Below are positions 37,658-50,668 of a stretch of DNA of 64,000 nt, in pieces. The notes under the pieces were generated by a model that worked only from the letters and a program-made list of their open reading frames with translations, ran no database searches and was not told where the DNA came from. Source of the DNA: Octopus vulgaris (taxonomy: Eukaryota); the NCBI GenBank assembly GCA_951406725.2, contig OX597821.1:78864001-78928000 (forward strand), read 5' to 3'. The first letter of the stretch is position 1. Each line of letters opens with the position of its first letter. The translations under genes were made by a program, and so were the position numbers.

Positions 37658-38557
37658 TTAAGACGGCAGCAACATAGGATTTTCGCTGAAAACAATAAAG
37701 TTTCTAAAACGGGTAGAGAGATTCGAAGGATTGCCTTGGTCTGATGTTATAACACCAATCATGATAACAGGAGCTGAGGGTTCGAATTCCGCAGGCAGCC
37801 TCCGACACCATTTTTATCCAAATGGTTTTCTAAATCAATATTAACACTCTATTATTTATAGCTTGCCTAATTCATAATCCATCGTTTCAAGAAAGAATTA
37901 TCAAGAAGTGTGATGTTCATCAGTGATTCTTCAGGATCTGGGATATTTTCTCTCCAAATTTTATGCGAATATTGTGTATCTTTATTTTATTGCAATAGAA
38001 TATGCATGCCGAGGAGAAGCATATACTACACCTTTTTTCCCCAAAACCTAAGTGTTTAAGTCCAGCCCTTTATTTGATTATCCTTATTTACGGCAGTTAC
38101 CGTTGCGCTTGTTTCCGTTGTTGCTGAGGTTCACACCTAAGATATTTCGTACACTTTCTATGAAGACTTCACTGTGCAATACGCAAAAATTATCGGTTAA
38201 ATGATAAGGTTTTCAATAGAATTTATCATTTCGTCTTTTCTGCGTTTGGGAATGGGTGACAGAGCGTCGTTGATATGATAACATTAGGTATCTCCAACGT
38301 TTATCACACATCATTTACAAGCGATAAATATAAGTAAATCTCCAGAACATTGCCTATGCAGTTGTCTTTCAAGACTTCATCAGTTTGTATCGATCCAATT
38401 CGTTGCTTTTCGATAAGTTTTTGAATAATCATTCATTTAACTTTCGCGCATACTAAATATTCCCTATGCTGTTGCTGTTGCTTGCAGCAGCAGTAGTAGT
38501 AGTATCATCAGCAGCAGAAGTGGTAGTAGTATATGATTTTTGTATTTATTGCAACAG

Positions 38558-38741
38558 CCTGTATGTGAAAATAAGATAACGATGAATGGTGTTACACTGG
38601 AGTTTGAAAAGTCCTGCAGCACATACAGAAAATGTCTTGCAGCTCAGAGAAACAATACCTTTACATGCAATAAATGGACCAGTGGCGCTTCTTGTGTTAG
38701 TTGTTGCACCGGAAACCTATGTAACAGGAACTATTCCATTG
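38558..38741 (+). CDS. Adhesion GPCR exon: Ly6/uPAR (three-finger)-like Cys-rich domain
   Basis: caacag..G|gtaagc; PVCENK..EKSCSTYRKC..CNKWTSGASCVSCCTGNLCN, ending in the LU hallmark CCxxxxCN; phase 0/1. Confidence 0.8.
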
Positions 38742-39774
38742 GTAAGCGATGTTTATTTTCTTATATAAGATAACCTGATTTATTAGACGTGAGTGCTTAA
38801 TAAGAAAATTGTATACTAGTTAATATATGAAAATGTATAATCGCCGTAATCAGTTTTCAAAATTTATTGCATTCCCATTAGAGGTGCGTACATCACTTGA
38901 CCAATCCCAGAGAAACAAGTAACACAGCTGTTTATATAAACAACAGTTCTTGTAACTTCAGACACCTGGAGACACTAATTTGTATATTATTACTATATAA
39001 CACTTTATTTAAAATCGGCGTCCTGTCAACAGAAATGTCAGTCGACAATGCACACACACATACACGCACGCACACACACGCATACACACACGCACACATA
39101 ACACACACTCACACATATACACATACATATATTTATGTGTGTGTGTGTGTGTGTGTGCGTTGTTAGTTGATGTGTCGGCTGCGTTTTAGGTTTAGGAGAA
39201 TATATTCTTAAAAACACCTGAACGTAAGTTAAAGGGAAGTGAAGCAACTTACATCAGGTCCCTTTTTCTGAGTGACAGACAACGATGCATGGTCATTGTT
39301 GTGACTTTCAATGTCACGTACCGAACAAGATCTGCTGCAAGCTATATCACAAACTATAACTATATGTTAAATGGCTTAAACTCTAATCCATAATTGAATC
39401 CTTTTCCGTGGTATCAAATGCTGGGAAATGCCAAGAGAGGATATTAATCTTTATATGAAACAGAATATTCAAAAGTGAAATAGAAGCAGCACTCGTGTTA
39501 TAAACTTCATCGATCACATACTTAATGTGTTATGTGTTTGAAGGTAGACTGCGATTCAACGAAGGGGGTATCATCCTGTCAAAGTACTAGTTGTTAAGCA
39601 TCGACCCCCATCCCCACTGAATGGAATTTGGGGCGAGTTGTCTAGCCTGTCCATGACCTTCAGGTGCTTAAAAAAACCCGGTGGTTTGTGGTAGTAATAC
39701 ACATCACGCTGTTTCGGAGCCTGCTATGCAACAAATCGTCTTCCTTAGGCATGGTCGAATATATATGTAATTTA

Positions 39775-40230
39775 GAGATGTTTCGACCAAAGATGTGTCC
39801 ATGTCATGTCTAACTTAATAGTACAACCTAATGGGATTTGCTAAATCCTTCTTATGTCACATTTTGTGGTATCATGGCCCATTCGAGTAAGGAGTTCTTG
39901 TTGATTCATTTGTATCCAGGAATATGTGGTTTACTGACAACCCTTGAAGAAAATTTCTCCAGATTCCCTTCAAATGTTATGGAGTCCTTTCCCTCATTGA
40001 TCTGTTTTGAGACAATATTAAATAAGGCAGTGGCTGTTGAGGAAAAGAATTTGTGTCGCAGTATATCTATGTTTTGTGATTCTAAATTGTGGAGGGGACG
40101 TGCGACTAAGGGTCCTAACCTTGGATGGATGCTGAAACTAAATTTGAGGTCGTTGGGGGAATGCTGATGGAATATTCTCTATATCGTTCAATTGATGTAT
40201 CGCTCACGGCGGCAGTGGAGAAAATAGAAT
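39775..40230 (-). mobile_element. CR1-like LINE 3' fragment
   Basis: Related to 32.7-33.1 kb (..HPRLGP.., catgtctaacttaatag.ac). Confidence 0.6.
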
Positions 40231-40720
40231 TTATATATATATATATTTATATATATATGTGTATATTTATGTGTGTGAGCGCGCGCGCGTGTGTGTGTAT
40301 TACAAATGTAGCATATGATAAACAAGACGAAAATCGAGAGTATATAGATATAATCTAATTTATTAACTTATAGATAATTAGAATACCTACAATTGTTTCA
40401 CTTTTACTGAATACCGGCTACAAATTTATAAAAAATAAATTAAATTTGCAGTTAGAATATTATATGAGCAAAATCTCAACCGGGCTAATTGACATAAAAA
40501 GATTAGATGTTGTTTCATTGAGATTTTAAATAGACTGAACCGAATAAAAATAAATAAGACAATTTATCCTTTATAAATGTGTACGTGTATAGATTTTAGA
40601 ACATATGTTGTGTGTGTCTTGTTCCTAATCTCAATGATACCCTTCTGCCGAGAAAAGTGTAGCGAAAGGGAAAGATGTAGAAATGAACTATACATGTATA
40701 ATAATAGTGTGTAAATTTTG

Positions 40721-40827
<107 letters not shown>

Positions 40828-41199
40828 ATGCGTGTGTGTGTGTGTGTGTGTGTGTGTATAATTCTGGTTAGAAGAAATAGAAACAAACCTCAAAGTGGGA
40901 GGTGTTGTGGCGGACGCCTCCAGGTGCGAAGTGGGTTGCTCCACTACTAAGAAATAATGGACTAACACAGTCAGCAGTTTCAGGCGGCGAGGACGCTGTT
41001 CGGGCTGGTCTCACAGACGACGAAGTACGTCGTGATGAGGTGGGACAAATTAGTGTCGAGTAGGACACAACAATATAGAAGGTACGGAAGGTATTTGAAA
41101 AGAGTTTTATAGATTACAAAGAAATGCTGAGACAACCCAAATCACAATATCTTCTGATGACACTTAAAATTTGTTCAAAAGTATTTTGGATCTGATTAA

Positions 41200-41560
41200 A
41201 TGATTTTGTTTTCTTTTTTTCCTGACATGAATTTAACTCTCCTTATGACGTAAGATTTGTATCTGATGTCTTCAAGCACAAAATTTCTGATTGTTGGTTC
41301 TTTTCTGATTCGAAACTTTTTGTAATTGACTTCATTGATTTTCCTGGCTTGTCTTCAACGTTTTGCTTAAGCACCTGAATACGTTCAGGCGTGATGCTAG
41401 AATCAGATTCCTTAAAATGTTTTGTACGTTTTGACTCAGGTAATACGCTTCCATCTTCTTTCTCTAACTCACACCTAATCTTATGCAAATTTCAGAAAAC
41501 GAGAAATTTCTAAATCACCATACTTAGCCTTCAAAGCCTCTACGGTGGTTTTCGGTTATT
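41200..41560 (-). mobile_element. Tc1/mariner-type transposase N-terminal relic
   Basis: SKRTKH..SITPERIQVLKQNVEDKPGKSMKSI resembles a transposase helix-turn-helix region. Confidence 0.4.
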
Positions 41561-42448
41561 CTACCTTAAGCTTTCTCTTAGGTTATATTATTTATTTAGG
41601 CTTTTTTCTGAGTAAGTAAGAATATAATGAGTCAACGTCACTTATACCCAAGTGTTATCATTATAACTAAAACCCTAACTGCAGTTATAACGTCGTATAG
41701 ACATATACGCATGGAACGCTACATCAACGACCATGTATGTTGAATATTTTAATCGTGTCCTTTAAACCGCTATAAGAAACATAAAACAAAGATTACAGAA
41801 ATGCATATTTATCTATGCTCAGTTGAAAAACAAACGTGAAGAGAAACATATTCTTTTTAATTATTTTTTATTATACAAATATAATATTTTATATTTTTTT
41901 ACAGTAAGAAAGATAACTTTGTCGTGGAGAAAAAACGACTTTAAATTCCTTAGCTAATTTCTTCTTTCTATCTAATACGTTAACCAACAAATCAAAATAG
42001 ATTTGTGATTAACTTAGACATGGCATAAAAATTACCGATGTCTCCAAAAGAGTGAGTGACGTGGAGTTGAGTGACTACCAAACGAACACTGATATATTTT
42101 CCAAAATCCAGGGTTTTTATAACTGCTCAACCTGACTTAAAAAGAATCCATGACAGATATTCTTTTCGAAACTTCTAGAATCATTATATGAGCAGTTATA
42201 TTAAACAATGGGAAAAAAACGAAAATGATAATTTTTCGGCAAAGACATTACGTCATATTGCCAATTCGCGCCACAATTCAAAATGGCTAAAATGGTTATT
42301 GCTACACCTCAATCACAACATGCCTTTCCATTTCATTACTAAGCATAGCGCCTGTCATTGTTATTTTCTGAAATAGAAGTTGAATAAATGTTACTTAAAT
42401 AAAATAATGGCTAAAAACAAAAGTCTCCTCAAATAGCGTCTGCACCAG

Positions 42449-42526
<78 letters not shown>

Positions 42527-43530
42527 GTGTATATGTAAAAGGCAGGGTGTGTGTGTGTACGTGAATGTAATTTATACACGTCCACAAATTTGCACGCATG
42601 TCGCTCTAACATCCGTCACGACTCTAGCTGTATTTTCGTCAAATTATTTTCTCCCGAGGCACCGGCGAATACCGGTAAAAATAAATTTTCGATTATAACT
42701 TAACAATTTTTACGGCGGAGAAATCTACCATTGTTTACAAACATGAGTTAAGTCCCCTTGTAGTGACGGAGTAAAGAGAGGGACGGAGAGGGAGAGAGAG
42801 AAAGGTAATAGATTTTTAGAAATTTCGTGTTTTTATTGAGTGATTGACAGGCAAAAACAGACAGACAGGTGTTGTTATGTATGTATGTATACATGTATGC
42901 GTACAAAACTCTTGTATGCAATATATATATAAACGATATTTTCCGTTTCTCCACAACTAATTTCCAAATTAGCGGAAACGGTTGCTCTACTCGGAGCTGG
43001 TTGTGCGTGAACATGGGAGAGAGCAGAGGTTACCAGAGCAAAAGACCTACATGTTGACTGTAGACACGCTCCTTCGCAAACGATCAGCTATTATTTTGTA
43101 AACAATGTTTCGAAACTGTTCATATTTACGAGAGGAGAGATCTGACTCTCACATATCTGTGGGAGAAGGTAGGCCTCTCTATTCCACTTACAAAACTTAC
43201 GTCTGGGTACCAAATTTGCATATTGTAAACAATGTTTCGAAACTCTATGTTTTCGAAAGGAGAGATCTGACTCTTTTCAACCATAAGGTCAACCAATTTT
43301 GATGTATTTTGTTCAAATTTGTTGCCAGCATTACTTAGGACTCATGCGATCTTTGAATGCTTTAAGTTCTCCAAAAACCCAAAAAAAACAAAAAAAACAA
43401 TCGATGAGTGGAAACAATCGATAAACCGATTCCTTATGGGATTTCCCAATCAAATTGTCTGCAAAATTTCAGCCAAAAGTTTACCACTTTCAACGGATTT
43501 CACTCAAATTTGACGCCGATGTTACTTAGT

Positions 43531-43531
43531 T

Positions 43532-43592
<61 letters not shown>

Positions 43593-43602
43593 GCTGCTGC
43601 TG

Positions 43603-43652
<50 letters not shown>

Positions 43653-43739
43653 GCTACTGCTACTGCTACTGCTGCTGCGTCTGCTGCTGCTGGTACTACT
43701 GCTAGTCCTATTACAACTACTACTCCTCTTGCTGCTACT

Positions 43740-43772
<33 letters not shown>

Positions 43773-43842
43773 GCTGTTGCAACTACTACTACTACTACTA
43801 CTACTACTACAACTGCTGTTGCTGCTGCTTCTACTACTACTG
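43531..43842. repeat. (CTA/CTG)n trinucleotide tract
   Basis: ~310-bp imperfect run; explains the poly-L/S/V ORFs. Confidence 0.95.
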
Positions 43843-43985
43843 GATAGAGTAGTAGTAGTACTATATAGATTAGTACAGTTACTTGCCCAGCCACCATTAT
43901 CAATATCCATGTATTTCCAGGATATAATCCACACCAATGAATTCTCTGAGATATATCTCATACAAATGTTTTATTTCTTTTTCAG

Positions 43986-44100
43986 TGTTTTGTAAAGAAA
44001 GCACAACCTCAACAAGCAATGGTACTTTCTATTGGCCAATTACAAAAATAGGAACTGATGTGACGATCCCATGTCATGCAAATGTAGCAATGAGACACTG
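43986..44100 (+). CDS. Adhesion GPCR exon: hormone-receptor motif (HRM), first half
   Basis: ttttcag acceptor; FCKES..GTFYWPITKIGTDVTIPC..AMRHC; phase 1/2 fits both neighbours. Confidence 0.85.
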
Positions 44101-45068
44101 GTTCGTTTCTATTGTTTTACGTCTTCTCAAATTTGAAGTTTTCGTTGTCATCGAAGTGTAAGAGAATGTTACATTGTATCTTATGATAATTCTGCCTGTC
44201 ACTACGTTACTTAGCCCCATCGGTAACGCCATCACGTGATTAGAGATAAAGAGTGAGAAAGAAAAGATAGGGAGAGTAAAAAGTGAAAGAAAATGACAGC
44301 GAACGAAAAAAGAGAGAAAAAGAGAGAGCATCGTGCATGACGTGTGGCAGAGGGAAAATAATTGTAAGGCTTCTATGTGATTAGTTTAATGGAAAGAGAG
44401 AAGAGGAGAGATAAAGAAAGAAGAGGATAAGGTGGAGATTGAGACAGAAATAAGGAGAAAGTAAAAGAGGGGGGAAAGAAGTGTCCATGACGTATGGTAG
44501 AGCGAACCTAATATTTGTTATGTAGTTTATAAAAGTTAGTTGAAGGTAGTGGAGAATTGAAAATATGATGTCAGCGGAGCGGTGATGTTCTGATGGTGAG
44601 ATTAAAGACAGTCAAAGATAAGGGGAGGTAGATGAGGGAGAGGGGAGAAAAGAGGAGGGAGAGATGTTCATAGTGGTGGTGGAGGTGGCTGTGGGAGTGA
44701 ATAGTGAAAACATTTTTTTTTATTTGAAATAAGTATTTTATATCACCTGTCACCGTGAAATAGTCACCCTTATTTTATTGGAAGATACATGCAATTTAAC
44801 TAATATGTACGGGATATTATTTTTCATTTGTTTATGGGGGAAACGAGAAAATAAGAGTGAATATTCATTTAATGAGTGTTGTGTATTGAGTCTATAAAAT
44901 TGTGAATAAATTATATAAAATATGTATATATAAAATGTATTTCAATGAATAGCAGATTATCATTTGATACAAGCGAAGGCTAATCTTTCAGGATATTTCG
45001 ATTAAGTTTTCAAAAATAACCCATTACGTTTACCGTTAATTCCGTGAACTATTCATCGGTGCCGCTAG

Positions 45069-46364
45069 TCTATAATATAAACTGGACATGGGCGATCGTT
45101 GTATTCTCTCTTGTCTTGAGGTTCACAGCTAAACGGTTGGGTGATTCGCGTGAAAAATGGCACACATGTGAGGACGGATGCATAGATTGGAATGCGGTTT
45201 GTATTTTCCTAGACCCCCCCTTAGTTACCGAGAAAAACGATTAAACCCTTTTCTAATGGAATTCCCCCCGCCATTAAAACAACCAGTCGCTCACACAGAC
45301 GGCATATACCATTTCGCTAGCAACAAGGGGAGTACAGGATGACAGCCAGCCAAAGCCATACATACAAACATACATACATACATACATATATACATACATA
45401 CATAACCTCTATCTCCTTTTTTCTGTCCGTCACGCACACATGAATCCACTACAAAAAGTGAAAAACAAAATTGCAGTTAACTCTCTCTCTCGGCCATATA
45501 TAGATACATGCATCTATGTATACATATACATACATACATACATACATACATGCCTAACAACCTGCGTGCATGTGTGTGTGTGTCACTGAAGCCATTCATA
45601 CATACATACATAACGTTTCTCTCTCTCTCTCGCTTTTCCTCTGTCAATTACTCATACATTCACTCACTACAAAAGGTAAATAAAAAAAATTCAGTTAACT
45701 CTCTCTTTCACACACACACCAGCAACGTTACTCTCTCCGTCTCTTCACACACACTAACAAAAGCAATTCAGATACACACCACACATTCTGTCTCGCACAG
45801 TACATCAAGCACACACACACACACACAAACATGCACACACACATGCACACACACACACACTCTTTCTCACATACACGCACGTATACGCACGCTCAGAAAT
45901 TCTTCCGCTTCACGTCAACTTCAAAAGAACTTCACTCATATATTCGTGCTCTCTCTGTTATTTTCGATTTCACGCCGGCTTCAAAAGATCCCCTGTCCAC
46001 CTAACCCCATATTAAAACAATAAATTTTTTTATGGAGACCGACGATCCTCTTCAAAAATGTAAATAAACACACGTGCTTTATTAGTGGTTTGTGACAGTC
46101 GTGTGTTCCCATATCGAAAGTTGACCCAATGATTTAATGATTAGACAATAGAATAGCTCTCAGAAACTGACTACGTTCAAATTCGTTCTTCCCAAATCCT
46201 GAAGCTGTTTTTAGACAGGGGAGGGGATATTCATACACCTGGAGACTCCAATCGAAACAGGAGACCCGAAATGCTAAGGTTGAGAAAGGCTGTTATAGAT
46301 TATGCCGAATGGAAAACGATCACAGCCACATCATCCAAACAGACCGGGTGGGCTTAGCTGCTAG
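45069..46364 (+). mobile_element. Non-autonomous Helitron-like element
   Basis: 5' TCtataatataaa; 3' ..ccgggtgggcttagctgCTAG-t; internal (CA)n and (TACA)n. Confidence 0.5.
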
Positions 46365-47219
46365 TAGTATATAAAACACTTAGAAAGATTAAGATAAAAA
46401 CTAATGTCCATTAGTTCAAATCATTTAACACTGATATTTTACATTTTCCCCAATGACATTTTTTGTAAAGATTCCTGTAAGTGCCAGAATGTTAAAAAAA
46501 GTTGCGCAGAAAACATAGATCTAGACTCAGCCAATAGCCTTTATCACTAATTCTATTGATTTCAGAGTAACGTTATTTATTCAATTGGTTATTATATAAT
46601 GGTAAGCTAAGAAAGCAGGTCATTGTGGAACCTGTCACATCATATTTATCATTTTTTCGTATCCTCCACGTTATTCCACGTGCTAAGCATCTAAAGTGTT
46701 ATTGCTGGGGTCTGAGTTTTATAAGTTTTAAGACAAAGATGGAAGTTGTTAAATCTGTTCATGTAGAAGATATACGTAAATCTACTATGGATGATGATGA
46801 CGACGAAATATAAATAGGTGATTTTCCCACTCACTTAAGACTAGCAGCATCTTGCCTTAGTACTTCATTCACCATATTAGTCCATCCTAACTTGAATTTT
46901 AAAAGTTGCAACAAAATATAACGAATAAAAGCAGATTTGGCAATATTTTTTAAATCTAACTTTTAGTAAGAACATTTTATTGGCTAAACTGGCAATATGA
47001 CCATTCCGAAATATAACAATATTTTACATTGGTTTTGATGATAACAAGGTGGAGTAAATAATAGATTATTGAAAAAATACATAACAGTATTTAACTTTGT
47101 TTCACTAGATTATGAGTTCAAATCACGATAAGGTCAATGTTTTTCTCACTTTCCTCTGGCATCGATGAAATATATATGCTTATTTATATAACTGACGATA
47201 TTTGATATTTATTTTTCAG

Positions 47220-47389
47220 TTCCTCCGGAGAGATGGTACATCTAGAAATGCCAACAAATCAGTATGGCACATCACCAAAATGTTCAACATTCACTGGCGT
47301 CTGGCAAGAACCAGACATGTCTCAATGTTACAATACAGAGGGGATCACTCAACAACTAAAGAACATCACAAGTGAAGATATCAATGAAG
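47220..47389 (+). CDS. Adhesion GPCR exon: HRM second half / start of GAIN
   Basis: tttttcag..G|gtgagt; ..[11 protein letters not shown]..; phase 2/1. Confidence 0.88.
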
Positions 47390-47466
47390 GTGAGTGTTTG
47401 GAAATGCTCTTACCATAGTATTAGTAATGATAGTAATAGCAGTAACAGGTGGGGTATGTATGTATG

Positions 47467-47551
<85 letters not shown>

Positions 47552-47560
47552 GTGTGTGTG

Positions 47561-47640
<80 letters not shown>

Positions 47641-48382
47641 CGTATTTGCCTGTGAGTGTGTGTATGTGTGAGATTTTCTTAAGATTGCATTGTAGTAATG
47701 ATTTCAAATACTCATAAGTCATTGATGAAGAATGATTAATATTAATCATTAGATTAATATTGATATTATAGATACCGGACAAGACGGACAAAATGCTTAG
47801 CGGCATTTTGTCCGTCTTTGCGCTCTGAGTTCAAATATCGTCGACTTTTCCTTTGATCTTTTTCTGGATTGACGAAATAAGAACGAGTTGAGCATTGGTT
47901 TCAATGTATTTCACTTAGCCTCTACCCCGAAATTGCTGCTCTTCCGCCAAAGATTACACCAATAGTAATCATTAGATCAGCGACCCATATTCCTTTAAGT
48001 TCAACATGTAACTGAACAATAATTCCGTTCATATTAACAGCTGTTTAGGATGGCTGGTGTATCACAGGTCATTGGTTGTCAATGTCATTATTTACAAACA
48101 TCCACTATCAATTGTCTGTGTTACTCAAGTATGTAGTGTTGTGCCACCCTTCCACTCTTCCAGTTAGCGTTACAGAGCAGGAGACACTAACGATTTATCA
48201 CAATGAATATATAACTGATGAACTGAACTCATTTAGCTATCTCTGTGCTATATGAATTTGGAGATGTTCATTAACTTCCATTCATTCATTAATTTTGTGT
48301 GTGGCGTTTAATTTGCATCTAATATTTCATCTGAAAGCAGCTGTAAATTCCCTTAAATTTCATTTTAAATTTTTCGTTGCAG

Positions 48383-48614
48383 AAAATGTTGAGGAGGTTT
48401 CAACAATACTCAGCAATATTTCCAAGAAATCAGTTTATTTCAAAGCAGAAGATATTGACTTGGCTGTTGATATTCAAGAGAAAATGCTGCCATTGATATC
48501 GAATGTGTCCGCCGATATAACACTAAAGAATATACTTCCTAGTATCAACAATATGATAGACACACCGGAAGAGATTTTGGTTGAAGCAGAACAATCAGAT
48601 GGAACTGCGAGCAG
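48383..48614 (+). CDS. Adhesion GPCR exon: GAIN subdomain A helices
   Basis: ttgcag..AG|gtaaaa; NVEEVSTILSNIS..DIDLAVDI..SINNMID..EAEQSDGTASR; phase 1/2. Confidence 0.88.
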
Positions 48615-49049
48615 GTAAAACACATATCACGTTTGCCGTCAGTGTAGCAGCAGCAGCAGCAGGAGCAGCAGTAGCATGGAAGTAGTAGTAGTACTAGTAG
48701 TAGTGTTGGCGGTGGTGGATGTAGTAGTAATAAGAGGAGAAGGAGGAGGAGTGGTTGGGTTATTGACGGTTGCGGTGGCTCTAGTGGTAGTAGTAGTAGT
48801 AGTAGTAGAAGAAGAAGAAGAAGAAGAAGAAGAATGGGAACAACAACAAGAAAAGACGAAGAAATTGATGATGATGATGATAGTCATGATAAAGAAGCAA
48901 CAACTGCAGCTCTAGCAGCAGACGTAGTAGAAAGAATAGTAGCATAAATAGATTTATTAATCAATATAATTAGTGTAATTACATCTATATCTAATTACGT
49001 ATTTGAAACACACTCTTAGTTGAGATTTATTTTCTTGATTTTCTCACAG

Positions 49050-49221
49050 ATTGCTGGACATTATAGAAGCAATCCCTGAAGAAATTCCACTGAAAGGGCA
49101 GCAACTCACAGTCTTACATCCTAATCTTGGTATTGGTGCCATCAAAGTGGAGAAGGACACATTCAATGGGGCTGTCTATGGTATTTCATTTGGAAATAAA
49201 GAAAACGAAGCAAAGACAATG
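49050..49221 (+). CDS. Adhesion GPCR exon: GAIN
   Basis: ctcacag..ATG|gtacag; LLDIIEAI..PNLGIGAIKV..FNG; phase 2/0. Confidence 0.85.
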
Positions 49222-50668
49222 GTACAGTACTTTCTTATGATTTCTCCCTTATTAACCGTTTGTTCTAAATATCCAAATTGATAAAATACATTACGGTGAA
49301 ATATAATATCTTTGTTATCATATAAAGTAGCGGTGGTATAAATCTTGATGCAGATTACAATAAATCCAAATACAAAATACAGTATATATACTGCACAGAT
49401 TAGCAATAAAGCTAAAATAATAATCATTTGTAATTTAGGTACAAAGCTCAAAGTTTTGGGGGAGGTGTCTAGTTGACTACACCAACGCCAATTCTCTGCA
49501 GAATTTGAACTTGGAGCGTAGAGTCAAACGAAATGTTGCTACGCATTCTCTCCGCCTTGCTAAGTTTTCTGTCAGCTCAATTTAAAACTAATATAATAAT
49601 TGGAGCTTATATACATACAACTGACCTTCACTCTCTTTCTGATCATTTGATTGATCAGAAAAAAATATAGCAGTACTTCGTCCCATGCCATGCCTCTGGA
49701 TACCCGAGAACAAGAAATAGATTGAAACAGAAAGCAGAGAACTAGAAAGGCAAAGGTGAAGAAGAGCAACAGCGGCAGAGTGCCGAAGCGGCGGTACTAG
49801 AAGTTGAAAAGGAGACGGAGGAATCGGAAAATGCATTTACCGTAGAGAACAGAAAAAGAAAGAAAAGAACATGTAAACTCACCGCCGAAGAGTCTGAAAA
49901 AGAGAAAAAAGGAGGAAGAAATGGATATGATAGAGAGCTGGAGTCAACAAAAGGTAAAAGAAGAGGGAGAAATAGGCATTACAGAGATCCAGCGACAAAA
50001 ACAAGTGCAACAGGATCACCAACAAAAATACAATAAAAGGAGGAAGAATTGCAGCAAGTATGTACGATAGATTTACCGTGACAAAACATAAAAACTTGTC
50101 CGGAAAACCCAGGTGTGCAACAGAAATGAGAAGTCGAGGAGCCGCAGAAGAACAAGTAGTATATGGTGACATACGCCAAAAAGTACAGCCATAGAGAGGA
50201 GAATTACAAAATTCGAATGAGTAATAAAGGTAAGATTACCCATAGAACTGTATACAGAAAATGTAAAAGGAATTGTGATAGACTAAGAGAGGTACTGAAA
50301 ACTGAGGGATTTGTTCGGAAACCAGATTGACCCAATGGGAGTAGAGTTTGATGAACTACCGCCTGTTGTGGAGTACAAAGAATTAGAACCATTCATAAAT
50401 GTCTAAAAGAAAGACGTTAAAATTTAAGACAATGCTAAAAGGAAAAAAGGAAAACAAAGATAAAGAAAAATGATTAAAATCTGTGCTAAAACATTTAAAC
50501 GGTACTGCTTGAGATTGGGGCTCAATGCAGCCATTTCATTACCATTAATTATATCCCTCCTTCATTTGCTCGTTTTATGTTTTTTGTCCCCACTGTGGTA
50601 TTCTGTCTGTCCTTGTGCTGTCCCTTCTGTGTCATGGCCGTGTGCCAAATAAAAGAAATAGTAGTTGA

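Noticed and set aside
43408-43995. Poly-Leu/Ser/Val ORFs
   Set aside because: Artefacts of the (CTA/CTG)n tract
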